From the NCBI RefSeq assembly GCF_009914755.1, contig NC_060928.1: DNA of 64,000 nt. One strand, 5' to 3'. Positions 1 through 13,858 of the stretch are shown here, in pieces; position 1 is the first letter of the stretch, and the number at the start of each line of letters is the position of its first letter. Below the pieces are notes generated by a model. The model did not search any database. It saw only the letters and a program-made list of their open reading frames with translations, and was not told the origin of the DNA. Origin of the DNA: the human T2T-CHM13v2.0 reference genome, Homo sapiens. The translations under genes and the position numbers were made by a program.

Positions 1-614
1 ATGCTTGAGCTTACTTACCCAACTCCTGAGATCTTATTGGGAAGCTACTTACTGGGAAGCTACACCAGTTTCAGGTGTTTCTATCTATCGGGAAACTGCC
101 TTTCCCTGACACCAGCTGTAACCAGTTGAGACAGCCAGGTGGGAGGGGAGACCCTGGAGAAACTTCAACCAGCCTGCACACTGAGGTGGAGTCTCAGGAA
201 GTTCCTGCCCTTTGAAGCAGGGAGGAGCCTGGCCCGGCCTCTTTCTATGTGGAACCTAGAATTGGAACCTGGAATTTGAACTGCAGGTAGGAAGGACTCT
301 AGCAGGGCACTCTGGCCTAGCGAGAGTCCCTGTTTTCCCCTTTTCTTCATTTTCACCCAGTAAAAACCTATCTTACTCACCATTTAAATTGTCTGCTTGC
401 CTGAATTTTTGTGGCAGTGAGACAAAGAACCCTGTCTTTAGCTCAACTAAGGGAGAAGTCCTGCAACACAATTATTATTTCAGAGAGGCAGTGTGACAAC
501 TGCCTAACTATCACCTGATGGTTTCCTGACATTCCTGGTGGGAGAGCAGTGAGCGGTGTGGTGGCAAGGTGCTCTCCTTCCCTGCTCATGCCTGACTAGC
601 TACCTACTGTAACA
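1..614 (-). mobile_element. ERV1-class LTR, MER50-like (runs off window start; interrupted by a nested LTR at 127-468)
   Basis: Ends ...CCTGCTCATGCCTGACTAGCTACCTACTGTAACA, the reverse complement of the recalled MER50 5' terminus TGTTACAGTAGGTAGCTAGTCAG; sequence on both sides of 127-468 joins into one LTR. Confidence 0.7.
127..468 (+). mobile_element. Solo LTR, MER48-like, nested in the MER50-like LTR
   Basis: TG...CA termini (TGAGACAGCC...GTCCTGCAACA); 4-bp TSD CAGT (123-126) / CAAT (469-472); resembles recalled MER48 consensus. Confidence 0.65.
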
Positions 615-2834
615 CCCTCTTCATATAGCAGGAATAGTGCTGATGGTAAAAATCCTAAATCAAATGTCCAATAGGATGATGGGAGCTGGTCTCCTTCCAA
701 AGTACACAAATTAGTCTAATAAATTGAAACTCTTTAACAGTGTAGACTTTTTTTTAAAAAAAGAATAAATTATGCACAAATCCTAATTTATCACAGTAGT
801 TTGCAGTAGTTAAGCTGATCCATAGAGTTTTGGTTTCTTTTTAGCAAGCCTTCATCTGACCTTTAGAATAGCTGAGTTAGGCCAGCATTAAAGTAATTAA
901 TCTCAGCATTCTTGTCATCATGTTGGCATCAGCAATTGGGGAATGCATAACATGTGTGTTATGTAGATCCCTAGACCAAATAAAAGCAGGCTGTGATATA
1001 TAAATTAAAGACTTTTATGACTCCTAAACAATATTATGGCTTTTTAGTGAAAACCTGGAAGGAAAAGTATAAGCAAAGTTTGATCTCATGTTTATAACTT
1101 TCATAAATTATTAAACTGAACCTGGGTTTTTGTGGTAACTGTAAATGAAAATATTTCTTATATATTTATGTGCCAGGTAGGTTTTCGTATGTACCACTGC
1201 TAGTTTAAAAAGAAAAAAAATACTAACTTTATTTACTTTGGAATGGAGTGGGGTTAATAGAGATTAATACAAAGAAACAAAAAAAGAGCAGCCATTTCAG
1301 ACCTCTAACAAGAGTCTAGAAAACAGGCAGAGAACAATCAACAAACTATCATCTCAGATTTCTTGTGACACTACTCACTGTCTTAAGGGATGGCGTATGT
1401 AAAAATACCAGTCTGGAAGGGGAGCGAATCCGTGTCAGCTATACTTTATGCCTTCAGAAGCTTATATTCAATGGAGGAATACAATTCTCAATTGAATTAT
1501 TCTTTCCTTTGCCCTTATGGAAATATTTGTTGTGTCCACTATTTCATGAGATGTAACCATGAAAAATGTTCCATGGGGAGTGTAAACATCAATTAATTTA
1601 ATTTCTGTTAACTAAACTGAGGAAAATTTTCATAAATATAGACTTTGAGCTAGACAACTGCTGTGAAAAATTTCTATAGACAGATATTGTGCCAAGGATA
1701 TGGGTATTTTTGGAGAACTCTCTAGGCACATTCATTTTTAATTAAAAACACATAATGTTGTCATTAAACACATACAGAAAATAATTTATAGTGTTTGGAG
1801 GAAGGCTATGTACCAGCTTTTCGACATGCTTTTCCCAATAAAAAGAAGTTGAAATGTACCTTGGCCCAAAATTGCCTTTATAATGACAATATAAATAATG
1901 TGTTGTGAATCATAATCAAGTACAGTCAGGCTTTATTCAATAACCCAAACAACTAATTATATGCCATGCTAGATAAATCAGAGTAAATATAACAGAAGCT
2001 AGAAACAGCTGGGTGGACGTCTAGGGACTTTGATGCTTTCTTTTTTTGCAGATAAAGTCAGCATACCAGGGACACAATTTTTTTCAAAAGATTTGAGAGT
2101 CTTGGAAAATTCTATTTATGAGATACTTTAAATTCAATAGATTACTTTTTAGAAGTAACATATTTGATCATTATACAATAATAGAAATAAGAATATAATA
2201 ATATAGAAATTAAGAAAATAAAGAAAAATCTTAAAAATTAATAAAATCACCACTATTCTAAGAACGGTGGCTCCTGTAAGCCTTGTACATGTTACTGTGG
2301 GTTATTTCCACTGCATGTTATACAACTTTATTTTTTTATTTGCCACAAATTATATAAATGTTTATTTTCCTATGTCTCTTATTCACTTGACCATTGTCTC
2401 TACAAGAAATCTGGTTCATGGTTTATTTAACCTTGTCTTTAAAGTATCATTTAGTACACAATTAACTACTTACTCTCTTATTCCTGAAACACTTTTGTTT
2501 CTTGGATTAAATTAATTTCTTCAAGTTTTATGGTTTCTTTTTTTTTTTCTTGGTTCTATTACAAAAACCTGGAATGGGAAGAGGGAAAAACAGCAGAGTG
2601 CATGCTCCTTTTAGAGAGAGACAGAGAGTACCCAGCTCCTTCCTCTTTTTGCTGGATGGGAATGCAAGCCCAGTGCTGCCTGAAAAATTTTTTTTTTCTT
2701 TTTTGCTAAACATAATGAGAGATTTTATTCTCTCAAGAAATACATATATTTTTTCAGCTAAATTAATTTTTAAAATATAGTTTGTGGGATAATGCTTCAC
2801 AGTTCAAAAATAATATGAAAAACAGATATAATGA

Positions 2835-3188
<354 letters not shown>

Positions 3189-3275
3189 TAATGAGAAATA
3201 ATTTTGCATTATTTACAAATTTTGTTTTAAATTGATAATGGAAAGCTCAGTGTTAATCAGCCAGTGGAAATCTGA

Positions 3276-3775
<500 letters not shown>

Positions 3776-4426
3776 TGAGCTATGATGGCAAAATGAAAAT
3801 CAATATAGGTATCATGGTGCCTGACGATGTTAACTGTTGTAATTTTTTTCCTTCTCCTCCTTTTATTTTTCTTCCTCTGCCTCTTTTATTTTCCCTTCTC
3901 AGTAAATCAAATCTCAATCCAGTTATTCAAACCAGAAATATGAGTGGGGTTTTATCCTTTATTTCACTGCCCCCGTATCTAAAATATTACTATATTTATT
4001 TGTGTCTACTTTTTAAATACTAGACTTTAAAAATAATAATGAACAGATCATACTTTAGTTTTAAAAGTTTATATTGCATCCCAACTCTTTTACAGTGAAG
4101 TCCAAGATGCTTTTTTCGTTTTTTAATAGCTATATTGGATAATACGAGTAGTGCACAGTCACTTAATTGGAAAAACTGATCTCTGCTATTTAATAGACTT
4201 TCGGCAGTTGTACTGATGGTATGGGTGATGTTGTATTTATGCCAGTTTAGTTCCAGGTATATGTGAATGCAGAAGCCCTAAGGGATGTAATATGAAGAAC
4301 TGAAGAGTAATTGAGGAGTTTTTGATTTTTTTTTCTTCTCCTCCTTCACTTTTCCCTCTTCTACCTCCTCTTTTCTTTTCCCTTTTAATTGTTTCGAATT
4401 CAATCCAGTTATTCAAAAGGGGGCAG

Positions 4427-4488
4427 GATTCTCCCACCTTGGCCTCCCAAAGTGCTGGGATTACAGGTGTGAGCCACTGTGCTTGGCC
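4427..4488 (-). mobile_element. Alu 5' fragment
   Basis: CCTTGGCCTCCCAAAGTGCTGGGATTACAGGTGTGAGCCACTGTGCTTGGCC. Confidence 0.85.
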
Positions 4489-5499
4489 AAGGAAATGGTA
4501 TATATGTTTATATATGTAGTATAGGAATCTCTGAGGACAGAGAAAATCAGGCTATTATCAGTGCCTTTCCTAAAAGGCAAGAGGGCAGATTAACTCTCTT
4601 CTTTAACCAGCCCAAACACTGTTGGACTGGTTCGTGCAATGTATTTTAGTAAGAACTTCATTGAAAGCAAAGCCTGTGACAAGGACTTGTATGGAGGTAA
4701 TTTATTTGGGAGTGTTTCCAAGTAGCACAAATAAATGTGTGAAGAAAGTAAGACCGGGGGTGGTGGGGCAAGAAAATAAAATAAAGCATGCATTAGTAAG
4801 GTCCTTTCTGTTGACCACAAAACTTGACTCCTACAGGCCTTCCAAGAAGCATGGAGTATTTTCCAGAATTGTCCATATAAAGAGATGTGGCTGAGGTAAT
4901 TATCCATTGGCTCATTCCCCATTGCTAGGCCCAGGTGTAATTCCTTAACTTCTGACTTCTGTAAAAGCCACAAGGAAGAAATATGAGAGCTATGCTCTTG
5001 AAGTAGAGACTTTAGGCTGCATGTAGTCTGAGGGAGCAATTAGAAGGGATGTCAGGTTCAAAAACTATCTAATACAAATTACCGTGAGCATAGAAAGCTT
5101 TCACAATGTTTAACTTTACACTTGGAAATAAATTAAAACTAATAGGGAAATTCCAAAAATAAAAAGTACAGTGCATCTATATACCCTTTTCCCAGATTCA
5201 CTAATAGTTAAACTTTTCTCTCATTTGCTTTCTGTCTTTTTCTCTTGAGAGAGAGGGAGAAGGTGAGGGAGAAAAATAATATTTTGAGCCATTTACCTAG
5301 CATAACTTTTATCCCCAAAACTTTAATGCATATTTTCTAAGAATATAGACATTTTGAGTTATAACTGTATATCAGTCACTATTTAGGATATATACAATAT
5401 TTATATCTAATCTACCATTTATATTATAATTTTGTCAGTTAATTTAACAATGTCCTTTGTAGCACTTTTCTTCTTCTATTCCCATAACCAGTGCTTAAC

Positions 5500-7430
5500 C
5501 TATTTTGTAAATTTTTTCAAAATAACAGGAATTTGATTTATTAAGTTGATGTTATTATGTTTTCTCTCTAACAGAATTTGCTTTTATATTTATTATTTTT
5601 TTGTTATATTTTCTTTGGATTATTTTGTTGTTACTTTTCTTTAAATTTTGAAGGGGAGAATTAAATTCATTTAAATTGTTAGTCTTACATTTTTACTAAT
5701 GAGCATCTCTTCGACTGGAGAATTTCTTTTTATCACTACTTTAAGTATATGCCATAGATTTTGATAGGTAATGCTTTTCATTATCACATTTTTTCAGAAA
5801 TCCTAAAATTTCTGTGTATTTTCCTTTTTTCCTCAAAGGTAATTATGTAAGAAGTCTTAATATCCATGTGCAAGAGAAGTTTAATTTTATTTTTCAGATT
5901 GTTTTGTCTTATTTATACATTATAAAATTTACTGATTTTTTTGTGTTTTAATGTAAATATTTTTGGTCTTTTCATATGCAAGTGAAAATAAATTATGTTC
6001 TATTACTGGAGTATATTGTTGAATGAATATCTAAGAAACTGACCTTATCAATTTTATATTTTATAGACTTATGTAATTTAATTTAAATTTTGTCTGCCTT
6101 ACTACTTTCAAACTGAGAATATCTTAAAATCTCTTATTAATACTGTGTTTTTATAATTTCTTATGATATCCTCGGTATTTTTGCTTTTTATAGTTTCTGT
6201 GTTATTTGGTACATATATATTTAAATGATAGTTTCATTTTTATAGCTTTGATCATTCACTTTTTTTTTTTAATCTCAGTTAAAAGGTTTATGCCTCAAAT
6301 TCTACTTTGGAATCAAGATTGCAACCCCTTATTGTCTCACTGTTTCTTGTTGGATTGTGAGGACTTGCCCATTCCTTTGTTTTTGCCTTTTTTAATGACT
6401 GTTTTAAAATGTTGTCTTGATTAGAGCATAAAGTTGAGTTTGCTTTATGTTGTTTGTTTGTAGCTGAGTTAAGCCCTAATCACATTTATTGACATAACTG
6501 TTTTGTTTGGTCTCAAATCTGTCATATTATCTTGTTATTATTTTGAGTGTTATATTTACTATGTTTTAAAAAAATCATTTTCTGTGTCTTTGCACCATTT
6601 TAAAAGGTTATTTTAGTACTTAGGAAAGTCTGTATTTTCATTTTAGTAATTACCTTTGTTTTAATATTTTTAAAAATATTTTTCTTATTTAACACTTTAT
6701 TATCATTTGTGTTCATTTTATACAGCATTTTTTGTCTGGCACCTACTACGTATCAAACAGGCAACAATCATTCTACTCTTTCTCTCCCAGTTTTTCGTTG
6801 CATCCTTTCTATTTTGTCAGAGTGCATATGTTTACATATAATTCTTCAACCTCAAAACCCCACTCTTGTGGTAGTCTTAGCTCAATAATTAAATACATAA
6901 AATGGCCAATATCAATTTTTGGCTGAAATTTTCCTAGTCATATTTTGGTTGGATAAAATTCATCCTCTAATATATTTCTCAGACAAAAAAAAAAAAAGTT
7001 TTCTGGTTTTTTTTCTTTTTTTTTCTTTTTGGAGACAGAGTCTCGCTCTATTGCCCAGACGGGAATCTTGGCTCACTGCCACCTCTGCCTCCCCGGTTCA
7101 AGCGATTTTCCTGCCTCAGCCTCCTGAGTAATTGGATTACAGGCGTGTGCCACCACACCCGGCTAGTTTTGTATTTTTAGTAGAGAAGGGGTTTCACCAT
7201 TTTGGCCAGGCTGATCTTGAACTCCTGACCTCCACTGATCCACCCATCTAGGCCTCCCAAAGTGCTGGGATTACAGGCATTGGCCACCGTACCCAGCCTC
7301 AACATTCTTCAACATTATCTATGGCTTTGAGACTTGAAAGAAACCTTAGCTGGATATAATGTTTTTGGTTCCTGAATTCTTTCCTGAGCTTCTTGAAAAT
7401 GCTGCTGCACTATTGCTTTGTTATTTTTCT
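5500..7430 (-). mobile_element. Highly degraded old L1M fragments (boundaries approximate; interrupted by an Alu)
   Basis: T-rich strand bias and decayed antisense L1-like phrases. Confidence 0.45.
6998..7298 (-). mobile_element. Alu (AluS) with a small right-arm deletion
   Basis: T-rich tail, GAGACAGAGTCTCGCTC...GGCCACCGTACCCAGCC. Confidence 0.92.
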
Positions 7431-10056
7431 CCCCTAAAAGTAGAAGAGGTAGAAATATTTACTTCTGAATCTTCTTTGAGGAAAAGTTTTGTCATTATTC
7501 TCTCTTTCTCTCAAATTCTGCATTTCTGACTGCCAATATTTTTCTTCTTTCTTAATCTCTCTCTGGTTTACTTCTCTCACTTGCAAAATAGGAATAATGA
7601 TTGCATTAATGTCACTGAGTCAGTGTAAGTATAAATGAGATTATACATGTAAACTTTTTCTGTAAAATGTCTGTCATGTACTAACAACTCAATATGTATT
7701 TGTTATTAGTGATATATAATTGCATACACATATATTAGAAATAACAATCCACAGCAGGAAGCATATAGCTGAGTATTTCAACTTACTTCCTCTTTGATTT
7801 AGTATCATTCGTATCTTTTCAAAGCAGGAAAATTCTGTTACAAAAAAATCCATATTTTATTATCAAAAAGTTAACACTGTGGTCTAACAGAAAGGTGTAC
7901 CATATGGTATTCAGGGTATAGATCTTATTTTATAGCATGTTAATTGTCAGGGTGATATAGCAGAGAAATATAAGGTTTCAGAGATTGTATTTGGTTATAA
8001 AACAGATGCATCTTCTGTTTGTTACCAGGTAACAAATTTAATTCAATTATGTTGATCATTTCATTGGTGACATAAGATAAAAAGAAAATAAATTTACTAT
8101 GCTGAAATCAACTTGTATACACCTATAAACTTCATTTTGTGTCTAGCTAGTGAATGCATTTTGCTTTTATGGGATGTATGAATAATGATTGTATATTTAT
8201 GCACAGGTACTTTAACAAGAATTGAATCAGATAACTGTAGATATATTTCTTCAATCTAAATTGGTTGAAAATATTATGTAGAAAACATTATAGTATTGCC
8301 CATTCCATTCCTTGCTTTACTAAATTGTGGGACTTAACTATAAAAATTATTTTTAAAATATCTACCATTAGAAAAAGCAGTGTTTATTGCATATCTTCTA
8401 CATGTCTAAACTTGTACTTTTACTTTGTCCTAGAAGAATGCAATCAACTTTGGAACAAGTTTTATATTCATGGAAGTACTCAGTTAACTATATAATGCAT
8501 TTAGTTTCAAAAAATGAAGCATCCAGCAAATATACACACAAATTCATTTGTTTAGGCAATAATGAAGTAAATACAGTTTTCCAAACTGCCTAAACAGCTG
8601 GAGATTTTTCATTAATTATGGCATTTTATTAGATAAGAAACAAATATAAAAACAAAATGGTAGATATTAAAATCATAAGGATTTCTTACCTCCTGAGATG
8701 ATGTAGTTGCATTTAGTTTATGTCTAAGAGTTAGGTAAAGCTGCTGGCATCATCTTCAGTATTTTAAATCTAGAGAAACTTGAACCAAAGCAGTTTAGGG
8801 AACTAGCTCAATATCTTGAACACCTGTGATCTACATATTTTTAAAAAGCCTTATTCTTAGCGTAGTAAATTTTAATTTATTATAAAGGAGATAAATGCAA
8901 ATAGATCTAACTCATTTTAGATAGCTAAACAGCTGCTTTTGTTTGATGGAACAAAACGTATAAAAGGTAGTTATTTTAAGCTCATGCTAATATGATTGAT
9001 TCATTACATAACTCTCTACTGCTGATTTTAACTCTTGCTTTTCTACTCTTTATGGATCCACCAATTTAAATGATAACGTTCATTGATACTACCTTGCAAT
9101 AGCAAATTGCGATGAATTACTGGTTAACCAGCAGCCCTTGAATAGGCACTGAGCCTATCAGCTGATATTTTATGGACAAGAAGTTTGGTTACCGTGGGAG
9201 CTACTGCTGCTGGAATTTTTTTCTCTCCGCATAGAAATGTCAAATTTTGTTTGTGCAGGACAGAAAAAAAAATAAGAGCATGTTTAATTGAAGTTGTGAT
9301 GATAAACGTATGTCAAAGCTTCCTTCCTTTGTAACTAGATAAATTGTATTTTGTACGAACTCTGAAAAAAAGTCCAAGTCAGGGCAACCTTGTGGACAAG
9401 AATATAGCTGTTATAAGTACTGTTCTGAATGACAAAACTCTATGGGGCAGAGGGAGGGGCAGTTCTTTTCTGCCAAGTATCAAGTTCTGAAAGAACAAAG
9501 AAATCTTTTCATGGGTAGGGGAGGCAGCTGTTGATAGTGAAGGAATCTTACAGCAGCATATAGAAGCAACTACCCTTTCCAATAACCACTTAAAATTGTC
9601 TCCGCTCTCTTCAAACTTCCCTTTTTGCTAACTTCCCATTTATCTACTGCCCATGATTTGCTTTCTACCACAAAGAGAAAATAGATGCCACCAAAAGGCA
9701 TTTTTATTTATTATTTATTTATTTATTTTACTTTTTTTCTCAGCTTGGTTGGGAGAAACTGAGTGACACACTTCCTGTGGTGAAGTTTATATTTCTGAAA
9801 ATCAGGAAATCCAATAATACGGGTTTCAGTATTTTTTCTTTTTTTAATTAGAAAACTAACTGATGGTGATGATATTGGTCCTTACACACATATTCACACT
9901 CACATCCACTGTTGTTTATTACAGAAACGCAAAGTCTCCTGGGCCAATTTCAAGCTCACACTTTCCTTTGAACTGATTTTCATAACCTTGTGGCTCAGAA
10001 TACTCAATGTCTACAATTAATTACACAATAGTCGTATTTTTCTGGATAGGTATTCT

Positions 10057-10378
10057 GTTTTTTTGTTTTGGTTTGGTTTTTGTTTTTGTTTGTGTTTTGA
10101 GACGGAGTCTTGCTCTGTCACCCAGGCTGGAGTGCAGCAGCACGATATCGGCTCACTGCAACCTCCGCTTCCTGGGTTCAAGCGATTCTCCTGCCTCAGC
10201 TTCCTGAGTAGCTGCGATTACAGGTGCCTGCCGCTGCGCCTGGCTAATTTTTGTATTTTTAGTAGAGACGGGATTTCACCATCTTGGCCAGGTTGGCCTC
10301 GAACTCCTGACCTCGTGATCTACCTGCATCGGCCTCCCAAAGTGCTGGGATTACAGGCATGAGCCACCGCGCCCGGCC
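10057..10378 (-). mobile_element. Alu (AluS)
   Basis: Full dimer with (GTTT)-type tail; perfect 15-bp TSD CTGGATAGGTATTCT at 10042-10056 and 10379-10393. Confidence 0.96.
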
Positions 10379-10393
10379 CTGGATAGGTATTCT

Positions 10394-10885
10394 TATGGGT
10401 TGAATTGCTTTCCCCCAAAATCCTATGTCGGAATCCTAACCCCTAGTACCTTAGGATCTGAACTTACTTGAAAATATTTGGTCATTGCAGACATAATTAG
10501 TTAAGTTTGAATGAGGTTATAGTGGAGTAGGATGAGCCCCCAATCCAATATGACTGGTGTCCTTATAAAAAGAAATACAAAGATAAAGAGACAGCCATAG
10601 AGAGGTGACAATATGAAGAGACACAAACATCCAAAAAGATGGCCTTCTGCAAGCCAAGGAGAATGGCCTGGAACAGGTTCCTTCCTCTCAGCCCTTGGAA
10701 GGAACCAATTTTTTTCTAAGGAATATTTTAATATAAAATTAAGAAAAAAAGGAAGAAAAAGGAACTGAACCTGCCGACACCTCAATTTTAAAATTATAGT
10801 CTCCAGAACTGTGTGCCAATAAATTTATCTTGCTTATGCCATACAGTTTGTGACTTTGTTACTGCAGCTCTAGCAAACTAGTATA
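10394..10885 (+). mobile_element. MaLR LTR, MLT1B-like, with a ~50-bp internal insertion
   Basis: TATGGGTTGAATTG...CCCCCAAAA start; CTCCAGAACTGTG..AATAAATTT and GCAGCTCTAGCAAACTAGTATA end match recalled MLT1B. Confidence 0.8.
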
Positions 10886-11867
10886 GATGTAATGCCCATC
10901 GTAGCTCTGACATAAATTTTGAATAGTTTGAACTGTTCGGCAGTCTAGCCATTTAAACTATTCTGTCTTAGCTCTCCCACTACCCTAAAACAAGTTCTTA
11001 CATTTTTCACTAATACTTTGACCTCCCATTTGGTTTCTTACATCTAGTCTTGCACTTTTACAAATTAATAAGGTATTCAAATTGACCTTTTAAAAATCAG
11101 CCATTATTAAGTCATGTTCCTGATTACAGTCTTTCACTAAACGCTCACTACCTCAAGGTTAGAATCCAGAAATGTGGGCTTCAGAAGACAATTTTGAAAT
11201 GAACTCTGTTACCTACCTCTCCAGCATCATCTCTCAGCACGTTGCCCTCATTCTCTCTGGCGATTCTCATTTCCCTTCTCATTTCCCCAAATGTGTGAAA
11301 ACCTCTCTCAAGCATGCTTAAACATTTTTACTGACAAGGAAATTTTATGCAAAAATTTTTGAGACCATGGTAGTGTTTACTGAACACTTGTCTACTTCAC
11401 TGTTTCATACATTTCATGAGGCCACGGCTGCTTCATCAATTAACTTTACCCACAGAGGCTAGAAAAATTTGACAAGCGACCAGTATTCATTTCAATTACT
11501 TACTTAATTAAATGTTTGAATAAATGAACGTGGACATAGACTGCTTAATATTGGGTCACTAAATCTGATGAGTGATGGCAAAAAATGTTGCAGTATTTTC
11601 CATTCCTTTAAAGAAGTTACCCATTACTAGGTACCTACATCTTCAGGCTCCTGTTTTGGTACATCTTCCCATCTGTTATTCAGTTCTCTCTAAATCACCT
11701 CAGTGCATTTGCTTAGCTTTCCTCTAGCTATCTTCAAGCTGCGTCATAATGTAGTGGCAAGGAGCTCAAGCTTTGATGTCAAAATGTCTGAGTAAAAATA
11801 CAGGCTCTGGCATTTACTGTTTGAATTACGTATGAAAGAGTCATTGCTGGATACTATGATAATAGTA

Positions 11868-11921
11868 TTAGTTTGGTGCAAAAGTAATGGCAAAAGCACA
11901 ATTACTTTTGCACCAACCTAA
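11868..11921. mobile_element. MADE1 (Hsmar1-derived mariner MITE), internally deleted
   Basis: Terminal inverted repeats TTAGTTTGGTGCAAAAGTAAT / ATTACTTTTGCACCAACCTAA, flanked by TA on both sides (11866-11867, 11922-11923). Confidence 0.9.
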
Positions 11922-12202
11922 TATCAACTGGTTCATAAGTCCAGTGACCTTCATTTGGATTTCTTGGTACAGTCCCTGTTTACACTGTTGTCTTAGCATG
12001 ACATTCAGCTTAGTGTGAACACGACACTTCACAATTTTTATGAATTTTTACCTTAATAGTTGCATTAAAATAACCAGGGTGGATGTGGCAAACTTTACTT
12101 CTTCCAGTTTCCAATATAGTCTTTTCTATTAGGATATGAGAACCGTGTTAACTAGTATTTTTATCTGAAGAATGTGAGGTGATAAACTATGTCTCTTTCC
12201 AG

Positions 12203-12424
12203 ATACAGACAACTACACATGTCTTTCAAGAACAGTTTGCTGGGTGTTGACCAACATCAAACTGCTTATCCAGGAACCACTAGAAGTGAATCTCTTCTTG
12301 AGTATTCCATACTGCTGCCCCTGCTATTCACTTGGGGTCCCAGTCAGTTGTTACTATGTATCCTTTCTCAGTGTATGTGATATGCCATGTGCCAGACCAC
12401 CAAACTGTGGTGTCAGAGGAAAAT
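12203..12424 (+). ncRNA. Candidate internal exon of a plus-strand lncRNA
   Basis: Acceptor TCTCTTTCCAG ending 12202; donor AAT|GTGAGG at 12425; apparently unique sequence; only short ORFs. Confidence 0.35.
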
Positions 12425-12755
12425 GTGAGGCATTGTAAGATGAAAATTCATAGAATATATGTGGAATATAGAGGCTAAGCAGTCTGCCATCAATGGAAGC
12501 ATAGCTTGAACACTCTTAACACAAATATTTGGTCATTCATTGTATGGTGTAAATCTAATAATATTTTTTTCCTTTAACTACCTGATAAGTGATACCTTTT
12601 TTTGGCAGGGGGTGGGTGGGGGGTTGTTGTTCAATAGATCATTTCAGAGGAATTAGCTCTAAAAACAAAGAAAAAAGAAAGATCGTCATAAATTATGGGG
12701 CTTCTCTCTTAAGGAAGTTTATAGTGAACGTATAATTTCCATAACATGTTTGCAG

Positions 12756-12972
12756 ATATTTGTCATCTATTGTGAGAGTCGTGATATCACCTTCCACATC
12801 AGTGATACTGAGAAGGAACAAATCTGCCAAAGATGCTTCACAGTTAGTTGTTACCTTTTTAAGAAGACTGTGCTTGAAAATTATGGTAAAACACATTTAG
12901 AAGAAGGATGTGCATTTTCACATCAGTCTATGAAGTATAACTTGACATTTAAATTAAAATGCTGTTCTTCAA
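12756..12972 (+). ncRNA. Candidate terminal exon of the same lncRNA
   Basis: Acceptor TTTGCAG ending 12755; ATTAAA at 12953-12958; CA/A-run at ~12970-12974 followed by a U-rich downstream element. Confidence 0.35.
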
Positions 12973-13152
12973 AATTAATTTTTCCTGTTTTAATTCCAAG
13001 TTTTCTTGTACAGGGGAGAAGAGGTAAGGGGTAGCTCTAATGTGTTGGCTTCATTCACAGAAGAAACATTTTTATAAACAGTTAAGTGATGCCAGCTTTC
13101 TGTTGATGCCATCAGATCTTGCAAGCAAAAAATAAGTTAATTTCAATATCAG

Positions 13153-13560
13153 TTGATATTATTTCATTCAACCTATGTAATAAAGACTCTGTCTCCATTT
13201 TTGATGTCTGATTACTGCTGGCTTTTAAGTTTCAGCCCTCCCATTTCCTCTCTTGCTCCACATGTAGGCAAAGGGATAAAAAGCCCATTCCCTCCATCCT
13301 TTGACAGTAGGAGGAAGTTCAAAGCATGCAGATCTCTGTCAGTGCACTGCCCCTCACACATCTCAGCTCCCCTTTCTGACCACAGTAAAAATCAGAGCCA
13401 CTCTACCCCTCTCTTTGCTGAGACCATTTTTACACCTGCTTGGAGCCTTTCCTATTCTCTCCAGAAAGTCTTATATGTGCAATAAATCTTTTCATATCCT
13501 TTTGGCATGTGTGTTATCTGCCTTACCACACAAACCAAATTTTGAGTTCAGCCTGCCAAA
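13153..13560 (+). mobile_element. ERVL-class LTR (MER73/MER54-like; subfamily uncertain)
   Basis: GACTCTGTCTCCATTTTTGATGT motif near start, AATAAA at ~13481, LTR-like composition. Confidence 0.5.
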
Positions 13561-13689
13561 AGGAAATATTTTGAATGCTATTTTAAATTAAAATAATAAT
13601 ATTGAGATAGAAATTTATTTATATTAATAATACAAAGAAAAAGTTTTTGAAGAATTTTTTTGATATAAAACAATGATCTACTAAATTAG

Positions 13690-13796
13690 AAAGCTAAGGA
13701 TTTCAGATTTTATAGAGAAACAGAGTGAATCTCATATACACATATATAAAATGTATATATATGTAATGTGTATATATGCATATATATACATACATA

Positions 13797-13858
<62 letters not shown>

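Noticed and set aside
4590-5039. 149-aa minus-strand ORF
   Set aside because: Starts at a non-ATG codon, overlaps a probable old MLT1-type LTR, and has no domain similarity or splice context
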